A stretch of DNA of 64,000 nt from Verrucomicrobiota bacterium (lineage in GTDB: Bacteria > Verrucomicrobiota > Verrucomicrobiia > Limisphaerales > UBA11358). The stretch covers positions 15,124 through 79,123 of the forward strand of contig JAGWMQ010000002.1 of NCBI GenBank assembly GCA_028873125.1, read 5' to 3'. The notes under the pieces were generated by a model, which was not told where the DNA came from, ran no database searches, and saw only the letters and a list, made by a program, of their open reading frames with translations. A program made the position numbers and the translations under genes. Shown here in pieces: positions 8,937 through 19,169 of this stretch. Each line of letters begins with the position of its first letter. Within the stretch, counting starts at the first letter, position 1.

Positions 8937-9530
8937 ATGTCGGAGAATCCTTTGAATGTCCTGGCGGTCGCCGGCAGCCTGCACGAAAAATCCTTGACGC
9001 GCGCCGTCATCCATCACGTCGCCGCGCGGCTCCAGGGCGAGGGTTGCCGGGTGGACATTCTGGATCTGGGCCGGGAATCGCCGGCGCTCTACAATCCGGA
9101 CACGGCCTGCGACGCGCCGGGATTTGACGCCCTGCAAAGGCGGGTGGAGGCGGCCGACGCGCTGGTCCTGGGCACGCCCGATTATCACGGCGGCGTCAGC
9201 GGCGCGCTCAAGAACTTCCTGGACCATTTCTGGCGCGAGTTCGCCGGCAAACTCCTCGTGCCCGTCGTCGCCTCGCACGAAAAGGGGCTTACCGTGATGG
9301 ACCAGATCCGCACCCTGGCGCGCCAATGTTACGCGTGGACGCTGCCGTATGGCGTTTCATTCGAACCGAACGCCGACGTGAAGGACGGCCGGATTGTCAG
9401 CGACACGCTCGACCGGCGCCTGGAGATGATGGTCCGGGACGTTCGGGTCTATGGCGCGCTGCTGGCACGGCAACGCCGCGCCGACCTCGCCGGGAACGAC
9501 CCGGGTTTTCTGGCACGCTTGCGCAAATAG
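8937..9530 (+). CDS. NAD(P)H-dependent FMN reductase family oxidoreductase
   Basis: Flavodoxin-like fold with VLAVAGSLHEKSLTR and LVLGTPDYHGGVSGALKNFLDH. Confidence 0.75.
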   Translation: MSENPLNVLAVAGSLHEKSLTRAVIHHVAARLQGEGCRVDILDLGRESPALYNPDTACDAPGFDALQRRVEAADALVLGTPDYHGGVSGALKNFLDHFWREFAGKLLVPVVASHEKGLTVMDQIRTLARQCYAWTLPYGVSFEPNADVKDGRIVSDTLDRRLEMMVRDVRVYGALLARQRRADLAGNDPGFLARLRK

Positions 9531-9552
9531 CCGCTGCCGCTTAAACTTCGAT

Positions 9553-10608
9553 ATGGCTGAAATCATGGAATTGCCGGTGCGCCAGGCGGACGACTTGCAA
9601 GTCCGCCCGCCGATCACGCGGCTCCAGTTCGAGGCGCTGGCGAAGGAAGTTTTCGCGCTCAAGAAGCAGCTCAACGCGGTCATCCTGGCGCACAATTACC
9701 AGGTGCCCGAAATCCAGGACGTGGCCGATTATGTCGGCGACTCGCTCGGGCTGTCGCGGCAGGCGGCCCGCACGGACGCGGACGTGATCGTCTTTTGCGG
9801 CGTGCATTTCATGGCCGAGACGGCCAAGATCCTGAATCCGAACAAGATTGTCGTGCTGCCGGACAAGGAGGCGGGCTGTTCGCTCGAAGAAAGCTGCCCG
9901 GCGGACCGGCTGGCGGCGCTCCAGAAGACCAACCCGAACTTCTGGACGGTGGCCTACATCAATTGCAGCGCCGCGGTCAAGGCGCTGTGCGACGTGATTT
10001 GCACCAGCGGCAACGCCGAGAAGATCGTCAACGCCGCGCCGCCGGACCGGGACATTCTCTTCATCCCCGACGAAAATCTCGGCCAGTGGGTGATGGAGCA
10101 GACGGGGCGGCCGATGACGTTGTGGCGCGGCCATTGTTACGCGCACGTCGAGTTCCGGCGCGAGGCGCTGCTGCAACTTAAAGAAAAATTCCCGGACGCG
10201 AAGGTCGTGGTCCATCCCGAAAGCCTGCGCGAGGTGCGCGACCTGGCGGACGCGGTTCGCTCGACGGAGGGGATGATTTCGTTCTGCAGGAACGATCCGG
10301 CGGAAAAATTCATCGTGGTGACCGAGTCGGGCATCATCCACCGGATGCGCAAGGAATGTCCGGGGAAGACGTTTTTATGCGCGCCGACGTTCGACGTGAT
10401 GCAGATGCCCGGCGACCATTGCCGCTGCAGCGAATGCAAATACATGAAGTTGAACACGCTGGAAAAGGTGCGCGATTGCATGAAGCGTCTTGCGCCGCGC
10501 ATCGAGTTGCCGCCGGAGATTCTGAGGCGCGGGCGGCTGCCGATCGAGAGGATGCTGGAAATTTCGGCGCGGACAACTTCCGTTGGGCAGACGGCGGTTT
10601 CCAATTGA
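9553..10608 (+). CDS. nadA: Quinolinate synthase
   Basis: Has ILAHNYQVPEIQDVADYVGDSL and FCGVHFMAETAKILNP, plus a Cys-rich C-terminal region. The ATG at 9553 (MAEIMEL) is preferred over the upstream ORF start. Confidence 0.9.
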   Translation: MAEIMELPVRQADDLQVRPPITRLQFEALAKEVFALKKQLNAVILAHNYQVPEIQDVADYVGDSLGLSRQAARTDADVIVFCGVHFMAETAKILNPNKIVVLPDKEAGCSLEESCPADRLAALQKTNPNFWTVAYINCSAAVKALCDVICTSGNAEKIVNAAPPDRDILFIPDENLGQWVMEQTGRPMTLWRGHCYAHVEFRREALLQLKEKFPDAKVVVHPESLREVRDLADAVRSTEGMISFCRNDPAEKFIVVTESGIIHRMRKECPGKTFLCAPTFDVMQMPGDHCRCSECKYMKLNTLEKVRDCMKRLAPRIELPPEILRRGRLPIERMLEISARTTSVGQTAVSN

Positions 10609-10617
10609 ATCCGGGCC

Positions 10618-10827
10618 ATGATCATTGACCAAATCAGACAACGGTTGGAAAATGGCTTTCAGCCGTTCACCACTCACTTGACGAACGGCAAAAAATTCAG
10701 CGTCCCGCATCGTGATTTGATTGCTTAGACCCGGAAAGTGGTCGTGGTCATTGACGAACGCGACGTTTCCCACACCCTCAATCCGCCGCACATCGTCTCC
10801 ATCGAAGACGCCCTCCGCCAAGAGTAG
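10618..10827 (+). pseudogene. Small conserved hypothetical ORF (69 codons) interrupted by an in-frame TAG at 10726-10728
   Basis: Reads MIIDQIRQRLENGFQPFTTHLTNGKKFSVPHRDLIA-TAG-TRKVVVVIDERDVSHTLNPPHIVSIEDALRQE. Both halves are in the same frame. It resembles a small protein family common in PVC and cyanobacterial genomes, recalled from memory. Confidence 0.4.
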
Positions 10828-10889
10828 CGCCTCCGGCGAAAGAAAAAGGAGTCGCTGAATTTGCTTTTCCCCTGTAAATTCCGCGCGCT

Positions 10890-11597
10890 ATGGCGATGGC
10901 GGACATGCGGCGGGAATACTCGGCCGGCAGCCTGCGCCGCGCGCAGTTGAACCCTGATCCGCTGGCGCAGTTCCGGCATTGGTTCGCGCAGGCGGCGGGC
11001 GCGGAATCCGGTTCGCGCCTGCGCCGGGTGGGCATCGCGCTTTTCAAGCTCTGGCACGCCCTGCTCGGTCATCCGCCGGTGGACGCCACCGCGATGACGC
11101 TGGCGACGGCGGACGCGGCGGGCCGGCCTTCCACACGCGCGGTGCTGCTCAAGGGCGTGGACGAGCGGGGCTTTGTGTTCTTCACGAATTTCGGGAGCCG
11201 CAAGGGCCGCGAGCTGGCGGCAAATCCCCGCGCCGCGCTGACCCTTTACTGGCCGGACCTGGAGCGGCAGGTCTGCGTGGCCGGCGCCGTCACCCGATTG
11301 CCCCGCGCGGAATCCGAGGCGTACTTTCGGAGCCGTCCGCGAGGCAGCCGCATCTCGGCGTGGGCGTCCAATCAGAGCGACGCGGTCGCCGACCGCGTCG
11401 CGCTGGAAAAAAAATGGGCGGAATTCGCCGCAAAATTCCCGGGCGACGACATTCCGACGCCGCCGGACTGGGGCGGCTATGTTTTGAAGCCGGAGCGGAT
11501 CGAGTTCTGGCAGGGGCGGCCGAGCCGGTTGCACGACCGTTTTTCTTACACGCGCCAGCCGGACGGCGCATGGAAACTGGAGCGGCTGGCGCCCTGA
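10890..11597 (+). CDS. pdxH: Pyridoxamine 5'-phosphate oxidase
   Basis: Has MRREY...GL, RAVLLKGVDERGFVFFTNFGSRKGRELAANP and IEFWQGRPSRLHDRF, and ends in WKLERLAP. Confidence 0.9.
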   Translation: MAMADMRREYSAGSLRRAQLNPDPLAQFRHWFAQAAGAESGSRLRRVGIALFKLWHALLGHPPVDATAMTLATADAAGRPSTRAVLLKGVDERGFVFFTNFGSRKGRELAANPRAALTLYWPDLERQVCVAGAVTRLPRAESEAYFRSRPRGSRISAWASNQSDAVADRVALEKKWAEFAAKFPGDDIPTPPDWGGYVLKPERIEFWQGRPSRLHDRFSYTRQPDGAWKLERLAP

Positions 11598-11616
11598 TGT
11601 GTCGCCCCGGCCCGGG

Positions 11617-12651
11617 TCAGAAGGTAAAACCCAGGGAGGAGCGGACCTCAAATTGATTTGGGTCAACCCCCGGCGCCAACTCGGTGTTGTAGTGGTCCAC
11701 CACGGTCAGATTCAGGGAAAGGTGTTCCCAAAAGCCGTAGCTCAAGGTGGAGGAAAAATCGTTGTGATATTCCCCGACGCGTTCCATGTCCGGATAAAAC
11801 GCCACGTTTTCGGTCAGTTTCAGGTTCTTTTGAATCTCCCAGGTGACATCCTCCGCCAGCCGGAAATAAAACGTTTCCAGATTGGAAATGTCCCGGCGGT
11901 ATTGCGCCTCATAATCCAGGCCCCCCTCGGTGTCCAGGGCGAAATTCGGATGCTGAACCAAATGGGCGCCGGCTCCCGGTCCAACCTGGTATTTGAAATC
12001 TACTTTTTGAATGTCATCATAACCGGCTCCCGCCAGGGCGTAGGCGTAGGAGCGGTCCCACAGGTCAAAATCGCTTTTATTGCTGCCGTAAGCGTGATTG
12101 GCGGATTCCTGGCCGTCCGTCCGCTGATACTCGGCGTCCAGTTGCGAGGTGTTCCTGAAAAATTTCTTCGGCTGGTTCAGGTAAGGCCGCAGGTAAGTCA
12201 ACTGGGCATGGCCGGTGTAATCCTGCTGGTCCCGGGTGCCAAAGAGGGCGCTGGTGCCGAGGTTGATCTGGCCGTGCCAGGTTCCCTTGACTTTGAGTTT
12301 GGGGGCGGATTTGGCGGCAGCCACAATCTTTTTGGCCGGCGGAGTTGGTTGCGGCGAAGCCGCTGCTTGGCCGGCAGTCGCTGGAGCGGGTGGCGAGGCC
12401 ATCGCGATTTTATTGGTCTCGCGTTTTGAAATCTCGGAGAGCGGAATGGAAATCGCCCTGGCCCAGGCGTTGGAGATCACCACCTGCCGGGCGTTTCCCG
12501 ACACAATCAGGCCGCTGATCTGATCGCCGTTTTTGAGTTGCAGCACGACGTTTTGCGCCGACGCCCTGCCGCCCGCCGAGCACAGCACGAACAGAGCCAG
12601 GCATGTCACGCCAACGTTCATGTGAAGATTGGCGATCATGGTCAATGGCAT
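11617..12651 (-). CDS. DUF481 (YdiY-like) outer-membrane beta-barrel protein
   Basis: The signal peptide is MPLTMIANLHMNVGVTCLALFVLCSAGGRASA. It has the VLQLKNGDQISG repeat motif and an alternating beta-strand C-terminus ending in GFTF. Confidence 0.7.
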   Translation of the reverse strand: MPLTMIANLHMNVGVTCLALFVLCSAGGRASAQNVVLQLKNGDQISGLIVSGNARQVVISNAWARAISIPLSEISKRETNKIAMASPPAPATAGQAAASPQPTPPAKKIVAAAKSAPKLKVKGTWHGQINLGTSALFGTRDQQDYTGHAQLTYLRPYLNQPKKFFRNTSQLDAEYQRTDGQESANHAYGSNKSDFDLWDRSYAYALAGAGYDDIQKVDFKYQVGPGAGAHLVQHPNFALDTEGGLDYEAQYRRDISNLETFYFRLAEDVTWEIQKNLKLTENVAFYPDMERVGEYHNDFSSTLSYGFWEHLSLNLTVVDHYNTELAPGVDPNQFEVRSSLGFTF

Positions 12652-12673
12652 TTCATTTTGGGCATCGGGCCGT

Positions 12674-13126
12674 TCAATACGCCGGTTGCGGCAAGGTGCG
12701 CCACGCCTGGACCTTGCCGTTGGCGAAAATAATTTCAGCGCGGACATAATTGCGCGGCTCGTAATCGTGCGCCAGATACGGGAAACGCCGCCCGACCCAA
12801 TACCGGGTTTCTTCCAGAAAGGCGCCGCGATAAACCCAGGTCGTAAAAACGCCGTTCTGGTTTCCGCTTTGGAGCGCTTCATCCGGTTGGCCCCAGGCGA
12901 TATAGACCGCGTCCGGGGTCATGCCGACGGCGATCCGACCCTGATCCACCATCGCCTTGACTTCCGGCGAAAAGGAGGCATAGGCCGCGGCGCGCTCCTG
13001 TTCCCGGGATTGAATGTTGCTCGGGGTCGCGCAACCGGCGAGCAATCCGATCGAAAGCAAGATGGAGAGAGCCGGTTTCATCCGTCTCGCGACTGCAACT
13101 CGACTCTTGTGATGCGGCAATTTCAT
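12674..13126 (-). CDS. Lipoprotein with SmpA/OmlA (BamE-like) motif
   Basis: Has the lipobox LLAGC after MKPALSILLSIG and the sequence GMTPDAVYIAWGQP. The start is either M at 13126 or M at 13081. Confidence 0.55.
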   Translation of the reverse strand: MKLPHHKSRVAVARRMKPALSILLSIGLLAGCATPSNIQSREQERAAAYASFSPEVKAMVDQGRIAVGMTPDAVYIAWGQPDEALQSGNQNGVFTTWVYRGAFLEETRYWVGRRFPYLAHDYEPRNYVRAEIIFANGKVQAWRTLPQPAY

Positions 13127-13531
13127 GCTTCCTTTCTTAAACCGAGTCCGGCCCGGCCGCAAAAACGGCCTTGTCATTCGGCCGGACACACTCACGCGGA
13201 TGACCAGCGAGGCATTCCAAGCCCCGTCTCCACTGTCGGCTTGCCGCGCATTTCCGGCGAACCGTTCGCACCCCAAAAACAGACACCGGCCGCGGTTGCC
13301 CGTCGCGCTGGAAGCTCAGTTGGAAGCAGTCTATTTCAGGAATCACTCAAGTCAACAGCCGGCGCGCATTTTTTCCAAAAAATACTTGGGGTTCTCGCGG
13401 GGGCAAACCGTCGGCGCCGCGCCAGAAATCCGGACGGTCACATTTCCGGCGGCCAAGGCGCCAGCCCGGGTCTTGGCGCCGGGGACCCGGCCGCGACAAT
13501 AACGGGTTGGACCCGTTCCGCGCCGCGCAGG

Positions 13532-14971
13532 TTACCGTGTCGAAATTTTCACCACGACGGCGGAGGCGGCCGGGACGGTGACCGCGCAGGCGCCGTTCCT
13601 GACCGGATGGAGCATCGTCCAGCGGCCGCGCCAGGGGACGTGGTTGGCGATGGGGACGCCACCGAGCGTGATGCCGCTCGTGGCCCCGACGTTGCCATCC
13701 GGAGCAGACAGGAACATGACCGCAACGTTTCCCGATGAAATGTCCTTGGGCACGATCGCTACCGCCGCGGCGCGGGCGCCCGCACCGTGTTCCTTGTTGA
13801 TGATGGTCACATACAGGTTGGCCGCGTCTCCCGCGGCGTAGGCCGTCAGGTTCAGCCCGTTGGCATTGATGATCGAGACCGGTGCCACGCGGCCGTGAGC
13901 GCCCAGGTCGAACGCCTTGATGGCGTAAGCCTTCGGGTTGATCCGATAGTTCCCAGACGCATCCAGATAAACGGTGTCGGTGGTGAGCCACTCCGTGTTG
14001 TGAAAATTAACGCCGGCCACCCCATGCGCAGCCCACCACCACAGATAATCCAGCGCCCACAACGCCGAGGCAAAGGCATCGCTCGCGTCCGGGACGCCCT
14101 TGAGATAATCATTGGATTCCGTCAGCCGGCACGGCAACCCGTCTGCAAGCGCCGGCCGCAATACCTGCCCGTAGAAGGAGGGGTATTTCCTGGCAACCCA
14201 GTCTGGCGACAGCATTTTGTCAATCGCTTCCTGCGCCGGAATCTTCTCGCGGCTTCCTTCAATAAAAGGGCTTCCGCCGACGTAGTAGTGCTGGGTGACC
14301 ACGGCGACGAGAGCGGAGTTCTTTTTATCCCGGGCAAACCGCGCCGCCCAAGTCCGGCCGGCGGCGTCCGGCGCGGCAAATTTCGCGTCGGGCGCGGCCT
14401 TCCCGACTGCGGCGGCGAATTTCCTCCAGGCGGCCAGCCAGGACGAATAATTGGTGATGGAGGCATCGCTTCCCGTGCCAAACGGCGGGTAATGGTACCG
14501 GCGGATGTCGGGTTCGTTGCCGATGGCGAAACCATCCAGCCACGGTCGGTAATGGTTCCAAATGTAACCGGCGGTGGCGGCGTCCTCCGCGGCACTGCCA
14601 TTGAGCAATCGCAGCGAGTAGAGGACCTTGATGTCCGCGGCCTTGGCGAAGGCGAACACGCTGTCTATGTCCGCGCGGCCCGGAAGAGCGGCCTTCAAAC
14701 CGTCCACCGTGCTGCCGCCCAAACGCAGATGATGAATGCCGCTGTTTTTGAACAGGGTGACGAGCTGCGTGTTCGTCGGGGAAAAGAGACACCCTGCCGC
14801 GCCGCCGTGGTTGGGCAGTTCGGCCACGGCCCCGAAGCTCAAGCCGGTGAAATCAGCCGGGATCGCCCGGCCCGGAGAACGGGTATCTATTGTCAGAGTC
14901 ACCGGCGACTGTGCGGAGGCCATGCCGGCCAGAAGACAGCCCGCGCAAATCAGGTTGGGAACCAGCTTCAT
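13532..14971 (-). CDS. Secreted glycoside hydrolase, GH79-like TIM barrel (family call tentative)
   Basis: The signal peptide is MKLVPNLICAGCLLAGMASA. It has ADFTGLSF, HHLRLGGSTVD and the candidate acid/base motif FAIGNEPD. Confidence 0.55.
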   Translation of the reverse strand: MKLVPNLICAGCLLAGMASAQSPVTLTIDTRSPGRAIPADFTGLSFGAVAELPNHGGAAGCLFSPTNTQLVTLFKNSGIHHLRLGGSTVDGLKAALPGRADIDSVFAFAKAADIKVLYSLRLLNGSAAEDAATAGYIWNHYRPWLDGFAIGNEPDIRRYHYPPFGTGSDASITNYSSWLAAWRKFAAAVGKAAPDAKFAAPDAAGRTWAARFARDKKNSALVAVVTQHYYVGGSPFIEGSREKIPAQEAIDKMLSPDWVARKYPSFYGQVLRPALADGLPCRLTESNDYLKGVPDASDAFASALWALDYLWWWAAHGVAGVNFHNTEWLTTDTVYLDASGNYRINPKAYAIKAFDLGAHGRVAPVSIINANGLNLTAYAAGDAANLYVTIINKEHGAGARAAAVAIVPKDISSGNVAVMFLSAPDGNVGATSGITLGGVPIANHVPWRGRWTMLHPVRNGACAVTVPAASAVVVKISTR

Positions 14972-15190
14972 GGGGTCATCCGCATTGTGGCCGGGCGCAT
15001 GGCGATGCCGGGCAGGGGCAGAGATTTGCAGGAATCATGTTTTAGACCCTTTGGGCGGATACGAACTTGTCTGGAAATCTCCAGGATTGAGCCGTTGCGG
15101 CACCAACGGGTTGAAACGACTTTTCCAGTCCTTTCACGGCAGTTGCCGCCGGCGCGCGAAGCCCCACACCATTCGACCAAATGGCGCCGC

Positions 15191-16684
15191 TCAGGTGGTC
15201 TCATCAGTCGTGTGGTCGCCGGTTTCTTTGCGCAATTCGCGGATCCGATCCAAGAGGTGCCGGGTCAGCGACGCGTAAGCGGGCTGGCCATACAGGTTGT
15301 GGAGTTCTCCCGGGTCGTTCCGCAGATCGTAAAGCTCGAATTCCTCCGGCAATTCCGGATACTGGGGCAGCGTGTGGTAGTGAATGAGCTTGTAACGCTC
15401 GGTGCGGACACCGCGATGCGGGCGGACATGTTCAACCTCGGGATATTCGAAGTATTCGTAGAGCCAGTCCTTGCGCCAGGTTTCCGGAGATTCTCCCCTC
15501 AAAAGCGGCGCCAGGCTCCGTCCTTGCATCGCCGCAGGCGCCGGGAGGCCCGCCAATTCCAGCATCGTCGGCGCAATGTCCACGTTCAAGGCCATCCGGT
15601 CGCAGGTGGAGCCGGCCTTCACCACCTTGGGATACCGGACCATGAGCGGCACGCGGATGGACGGCTCGTGCATGAAGCGTTTGTCATAAAAACGCCACTC
15701 GCCCAGGAAAAAGCCGTGGTCGGAGCTGAACAGGATGGCCGTGTCGTCCAGTTGACCGGACCGCTCCAGCGCCTCCAGGACGCGCCCCACGTTCTCATCG
15801 TTGTCCACCACCCCGGCGTAATGATCCTTGACCATCTCCTCGAGCGACCGTGGATCGTCGTTGCCCAAGGTGGTGGTTCCGATCTTGTTGTTGGCCTGGA
15901 CGAAGGCGCTGGGCTTGCCGGGATAGGGTGGATGTTTCAGGTCATCATCAAATGTGGCCGGCTTGGGCACCTTCACGCCGTTGTATAAATCCAGATGCCG
16001 CCGGGCCCGGTAAAACGGGGCGTGCGGGGCCCAAAACCACAGAAACAAGCAGAATGGTTTGTCGCGCTTTTGTTCCAGCCAGTTCAGCGCCCGGTCGGTC
16101 ACCACATCGTCCACGTAACCGTGGTAGGTCGTGGGCTCGGAAAATTTGCCGGCCACGCCTTCGGTCAAAACCGGATGATAATAATCTTTCGCCTGGCCAT
16201 TGAACCCGAAAAAATAGTCCCAATCCCGGTCATGGAGCGCCCCTTTGACGTGGGACTTGCCCAGGAACGCCACCTCGTAGCCCGCCTGGCGCAGATAATC
16301 GGAAACGATCGGGACGTCGTGCGGGATGGGACGGTTGCGATTGTCAATGGCGCCGAGGGTGTGGGAATAAAGCCCGGTCAGAATGCTGGCCCGGGACGGC
16401 AGGCTCAGGGCGTTGGTGACGAAGGCGTTCCGAAACACCATGCCTTCCCGCGCCAGACGGTCCAGGTTCGGCGTCTGAATGATCGGGTTGCCCATGAAAC
16501 TGAATTCGTCGTAACGCACGCCTTCCCCCAGGAACACCACGAAGTTGGGCTTGCGCCCGGGGGCAACCTCCGCTGCGGCCAGGGTCTCCAACGCCTCCTG
16601 GCTCAAGGCCAGTCCGCCCAGCGCCCCGGCGCTCAATTTGAGAAAGGACCTCCGCGACTGTTTTGTATCCTCATTGTTGTTCAT
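15191..16684 (-). CDS. Tat-exported sulfatase (Ser-type FGly motif SLPSR)
   Basis: The twin-arginine leader is SRRSFLKLSAGALGGLALS. It has NPIIQTPNLDRLAREGMVFRNAF, SLPSRASILTGLYSHT, GKSHV and SSDHGFFLGEW. Confidence 0.8.
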   Translation of the reverse strand: MNNNEDTKQSRRSFLKLSAGALGGLALSQEALETLAAAEVAPGRKPNFVVFLGEGVRYDEFSFMGNPIIQTPNLDRLAREGMVFRNAFVTNALSLPSRASILTGLYSHTLGAIDNRNRPIPHDVPIVSDYLRQAGYEVAFLGKSHVKGALHDRDWDYFFGFNGQAKDYYHPVLTEGVAGKFSEPTTYHGYVDDVVTDRALNWLEQKRDKPFCLFLWFWAPHAPFYRARRHLDLYNGVKVPKPATFDDDLKHPPYPGKPSAFVQANNKIGTTTLGNDDPRSLEEMVKDHYAGVVDNDENVGRVLEALERSGQLDDTAILFSSDHGFFLGEWRFYDKRFMHEPSIRVPLMVRYPKVVKAGSTCDRMALNVDIAPTMLELAGLPAPAAMQGRSLAPLLRGESPETWRKDWLYEYFEYPEVEHVRPHRGVRTERYKLIHYHTLPQYPELPEEFELYDLRNDPGELHNLYGQPAYASLTRHLLDRIRELRKETGDHTTDETT

Positions 16685-16955
16685 TTGCGCTTTGCTGGTT
16701 GAATGTGAATCACGCCGCCGCCGCACAGACCCCGACGCCACCATCGTCCGCCTTCGGCCGACGGCCCCTGCCGGCAGGCCGGTTCCGGCTTTGAAACCTC
16801 CGGTTTCCATCGGTGTTCCGACCCGGCGGTCCGGAGGCGGCAGAGGGTTTCAAGATACGGCCCAAAGCGGCGGTGTCCAGTCCATCCTTGCCCCCTATTC
16901 GCCCCGGGCGCACTTCGCGGCTGACAACAGCAGGCGGGTTCGCTAGCCTTGGGTT

Positions 16956-18044
16956 ATGGAACTCTTTCATCGCATATTAAAAACCGCCGTCGAAGGCGGC
17001 GCTTCGGACGTGCACTTGAAAATCGGCACGCCCGTCGTTTATCGCATCAACCGTGAACTCATTGCCGTGGACGCCCCGTTTCCCACGCCCGAATGGATGG
17101 ACCAAATCGTCGGGGCCGTGGCGCCCGCCCATCTGCGCAAGCGGCTGGAGGAGGAACGTGAGGCTGATTTTTCCTATTTCGTCCCCGGCATCGGGCGCTT
17201 CCGGACCAATTTGTATCAGCAGCGCGGTCAGTGGTGCTTGGCCATGCGCTACGTCAAGACCCATGTTCCCGGCTTCGAGGAGCTGGGCCTGCTGGAACAA
17301 ATCAAGACCGTCGCCGAATCACCGCGCGGCATCGTGTTGGTGGCCGGCACCACCGGCTGCGGCAAGTCCACCACCCTGGCGGCGATGATTGAACATATCA
17401 ACAGCAACTTCAAGAAGCACATCATCGCCCTCGAAGACCCGATTGAATACGTCTTTGAGGACAACCAATCGGTGATCGAGCAGCGCGAGATCGGCCTAGA
17501 CACGCTGTCCTATCACCACGCCCTCATCCACGTCCTGCGCCAGGACCCGGACGTGATCATGATTGGCGAAATGCGCGACGACATCAGCTTCACGGCGGCG
17601 ATGAGCGCGGCGGACACGGGCCACCTCGTCCTGTCCACTCTGCACACGACCAACGCCGCCCAGTCCGTCAACCGCATCCTCGACTTCTTCAAGGCCGAGG
17701 AACGCGAGCAGATCCGCCGCCAACTGGCCGGCACCCTGCGCGCGGTGATCTGCCAGCGCATGGTCGGCACCGTGGACGGCAAGCTGACACCGGCGCTGGA
17801 AATCCTGCTGAACACGCCCCTGGTGCGGAAGCTCATGGAGGAGAACCGGCTCGACAAATTGTCCGCCGCCATCGAAACGGGCGGCGACGACGGCATGATC
17901 AGTTTCAACCAATCGCTCTTCAACCTCGTCAAGTCGGGCCGCGTCACGGAAAAAGAGGCGCTTTCCAAGGCCAGCAACCCGCAGGCCCTGGAGATGAACT
18001 TCAAGGGCATCTTCCTCGACGAAGGGCGGCGGATCATCAGTTGA
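16956..18044 (+). CDS. pilT: Type IV pilus retraction ATPase PilT family
   Basis: The Walker A motif is [10 protein letters not shown]. It also has [17 protein letters not shown] and LSTLHT. Confidence 0.85.
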   Translation: MELFHRILKTAVEGGASDVHLKIGTPVVYRINRELIAVDAPFPTPEWMDQIVGAVAPAHLRKRLEEEREADFSYFVPGIGRFRTNLYQQRGQWCLAMRYVKTHVPGFEELGLLEQIKTVAESPRGIVLVAGTTGCGKSTTLAAMIEHINSNFKKHIIALEDPIEYVFEDNQSVIEQREIGLDTLSYHHALIHVLRQDPDVIMIGEMRDDISFTAAMSAADTGHLVLSTLHTTNAAQSVNRILDFFKAEEREQIRRQLAGTLRAVICQRMVGTVDGKLTPALEILLNTPLVRKLMEENRLDKLSAAIETGGDDGMISFNQSLFNLVKSGRVTEKEALSKASNPQALEMNFKGIFLDEGRRIIS

Positions 18045-18102
18045 ATGGAGGGGCGCGTTGCCGCACACCCTTCCCTTCCACACTGCAACATTCGGCTTGG
18101 AC

Positions 18103-19095
18103 ATGAAAACCGTCCTGAAAATTCTGCCGGCGCTCGTTCTCGCCCTCGCCGCACATGCCAGGGCAATCAATCTGCTGAACGTCTCCTACGACCCGACGCG
18201 CGAGTTTTATGAACAATACAACGCCGTCTTCGCCCGATACTGGAAGGCCAGGACCGGCGACACCGTGGCGGTCCAGATGTCGCACGGCGGCTCGGGCAAA
18301 CAGGCCCAGGCGGTCATAAACGGATTGGACGCCGACGTGGTGACGCTGGCGTTGGCCTACGACATTGACCAGATCGCGCGGCAGGCAAAACTTCTCCCCC
18401 CCGACTGGCAAAAGCGTCTCCCCGACAACAGCGCGCCTTACACCTCGACCATCGTGTTTCTGGTGCGCCAGGGAAATCCGAAACACATCAAAGATTGGAA
18501 CGACCTGGTGAAACCGGGCGTCGCGGTCGTGACGCCCAACCCAAAAACCTCCGGCGGCGCGCGCTGGGCTTTTTTGGCGGCGTGGGCTTACGCGCTGGAC
18601 CAATACGGTCACGACGAAGCCAAAGCGCGGGATTTCGTGGCGCGGCTTTACAAAAACGTGCCGGTGCTGGACACCGGCGCTCGCGGCGCGACGATCACCT
18701 TTGTGCAACACGGCATCGGCGACGTGTTGCTGGTCTGGGAAAACGAGGCGCATCTGGCCATCCAGGAAGCCGGCGCGGGCAAATTCGAGATCGTCACGCC
18801 CTCGCTGAGCATTCTGGCCGAGCCGCCCGTGGCGGTGGTGGACAAGAACGCGGGACGCCACGGCGTCCTGACCGTGGCGCAAGCGTATCTCAAATATCTC
18901 TATTCAGACGAAGGGCAGGAAATCGCCGCAAAAAACTTCTACCGTCCGCGCAACTCAAAGCTCGCCGCCCGATACGCCAACCGGTTCGCCCGTCTGAAAC
19001 TCGTCACGGTGGAGGGCCAATTCGGAGGATGGCGGAAAGCGCAAGCGAACTTCTTCAGCGACGGCGGGATTTTCGATCAAATCTATCAACCGTAA
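18103..19095 (+). CDS. sbp: Sulfate/thiosulfate ABC transporter substrate-binding protein
   Basis: Has a signal peptide, then [17 protein letters not shown] and [30 protein letters not shown]. Confidence 0.85.
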   Translation: MKTVLKILPALVLALAAHARAINLLNVSYDPTREFYEQYNAVFARYWKARTGDTVAVQMSHGGSGKQAQAVINGLDADVVTLALAYDIDQIARQAKLLPPDWQKRLPDNSAPYTSTIVFLVRQGNPKHIKDWNDLVKPGVAVVTPNPKTSGGARWAFLAAWAYALDQYGHDEAKARDFVARLYKNVPVLDTGARGATITFVQHGIGDVLLVWENEAHLAIQEAGAGKFEIVTPSLSILAEPPVAVVDKNAGRHGVLTVAQAYLKYLYSDEGQEIAAKNFYRPRNSKLAARYANRFARLKLVTVEGQFGGWRKAQANFFSDGGIFDQIYQP

Positions 19096-19169
19096 CCGCC
19101 GCCTTTCCCGTGGCGGCGGGAGGCGCCCGAGTGTAGAATCGCCAGGCACTGCCGCCGCAAATTAAACGC

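Noticed and set aside
13787-15988. 733-aa ORF on the plus strand
   Set aside because: It is antisense to the GH79-like and sulfatase genes, which have signal peptides and family motifs. It is a shadow ORF.
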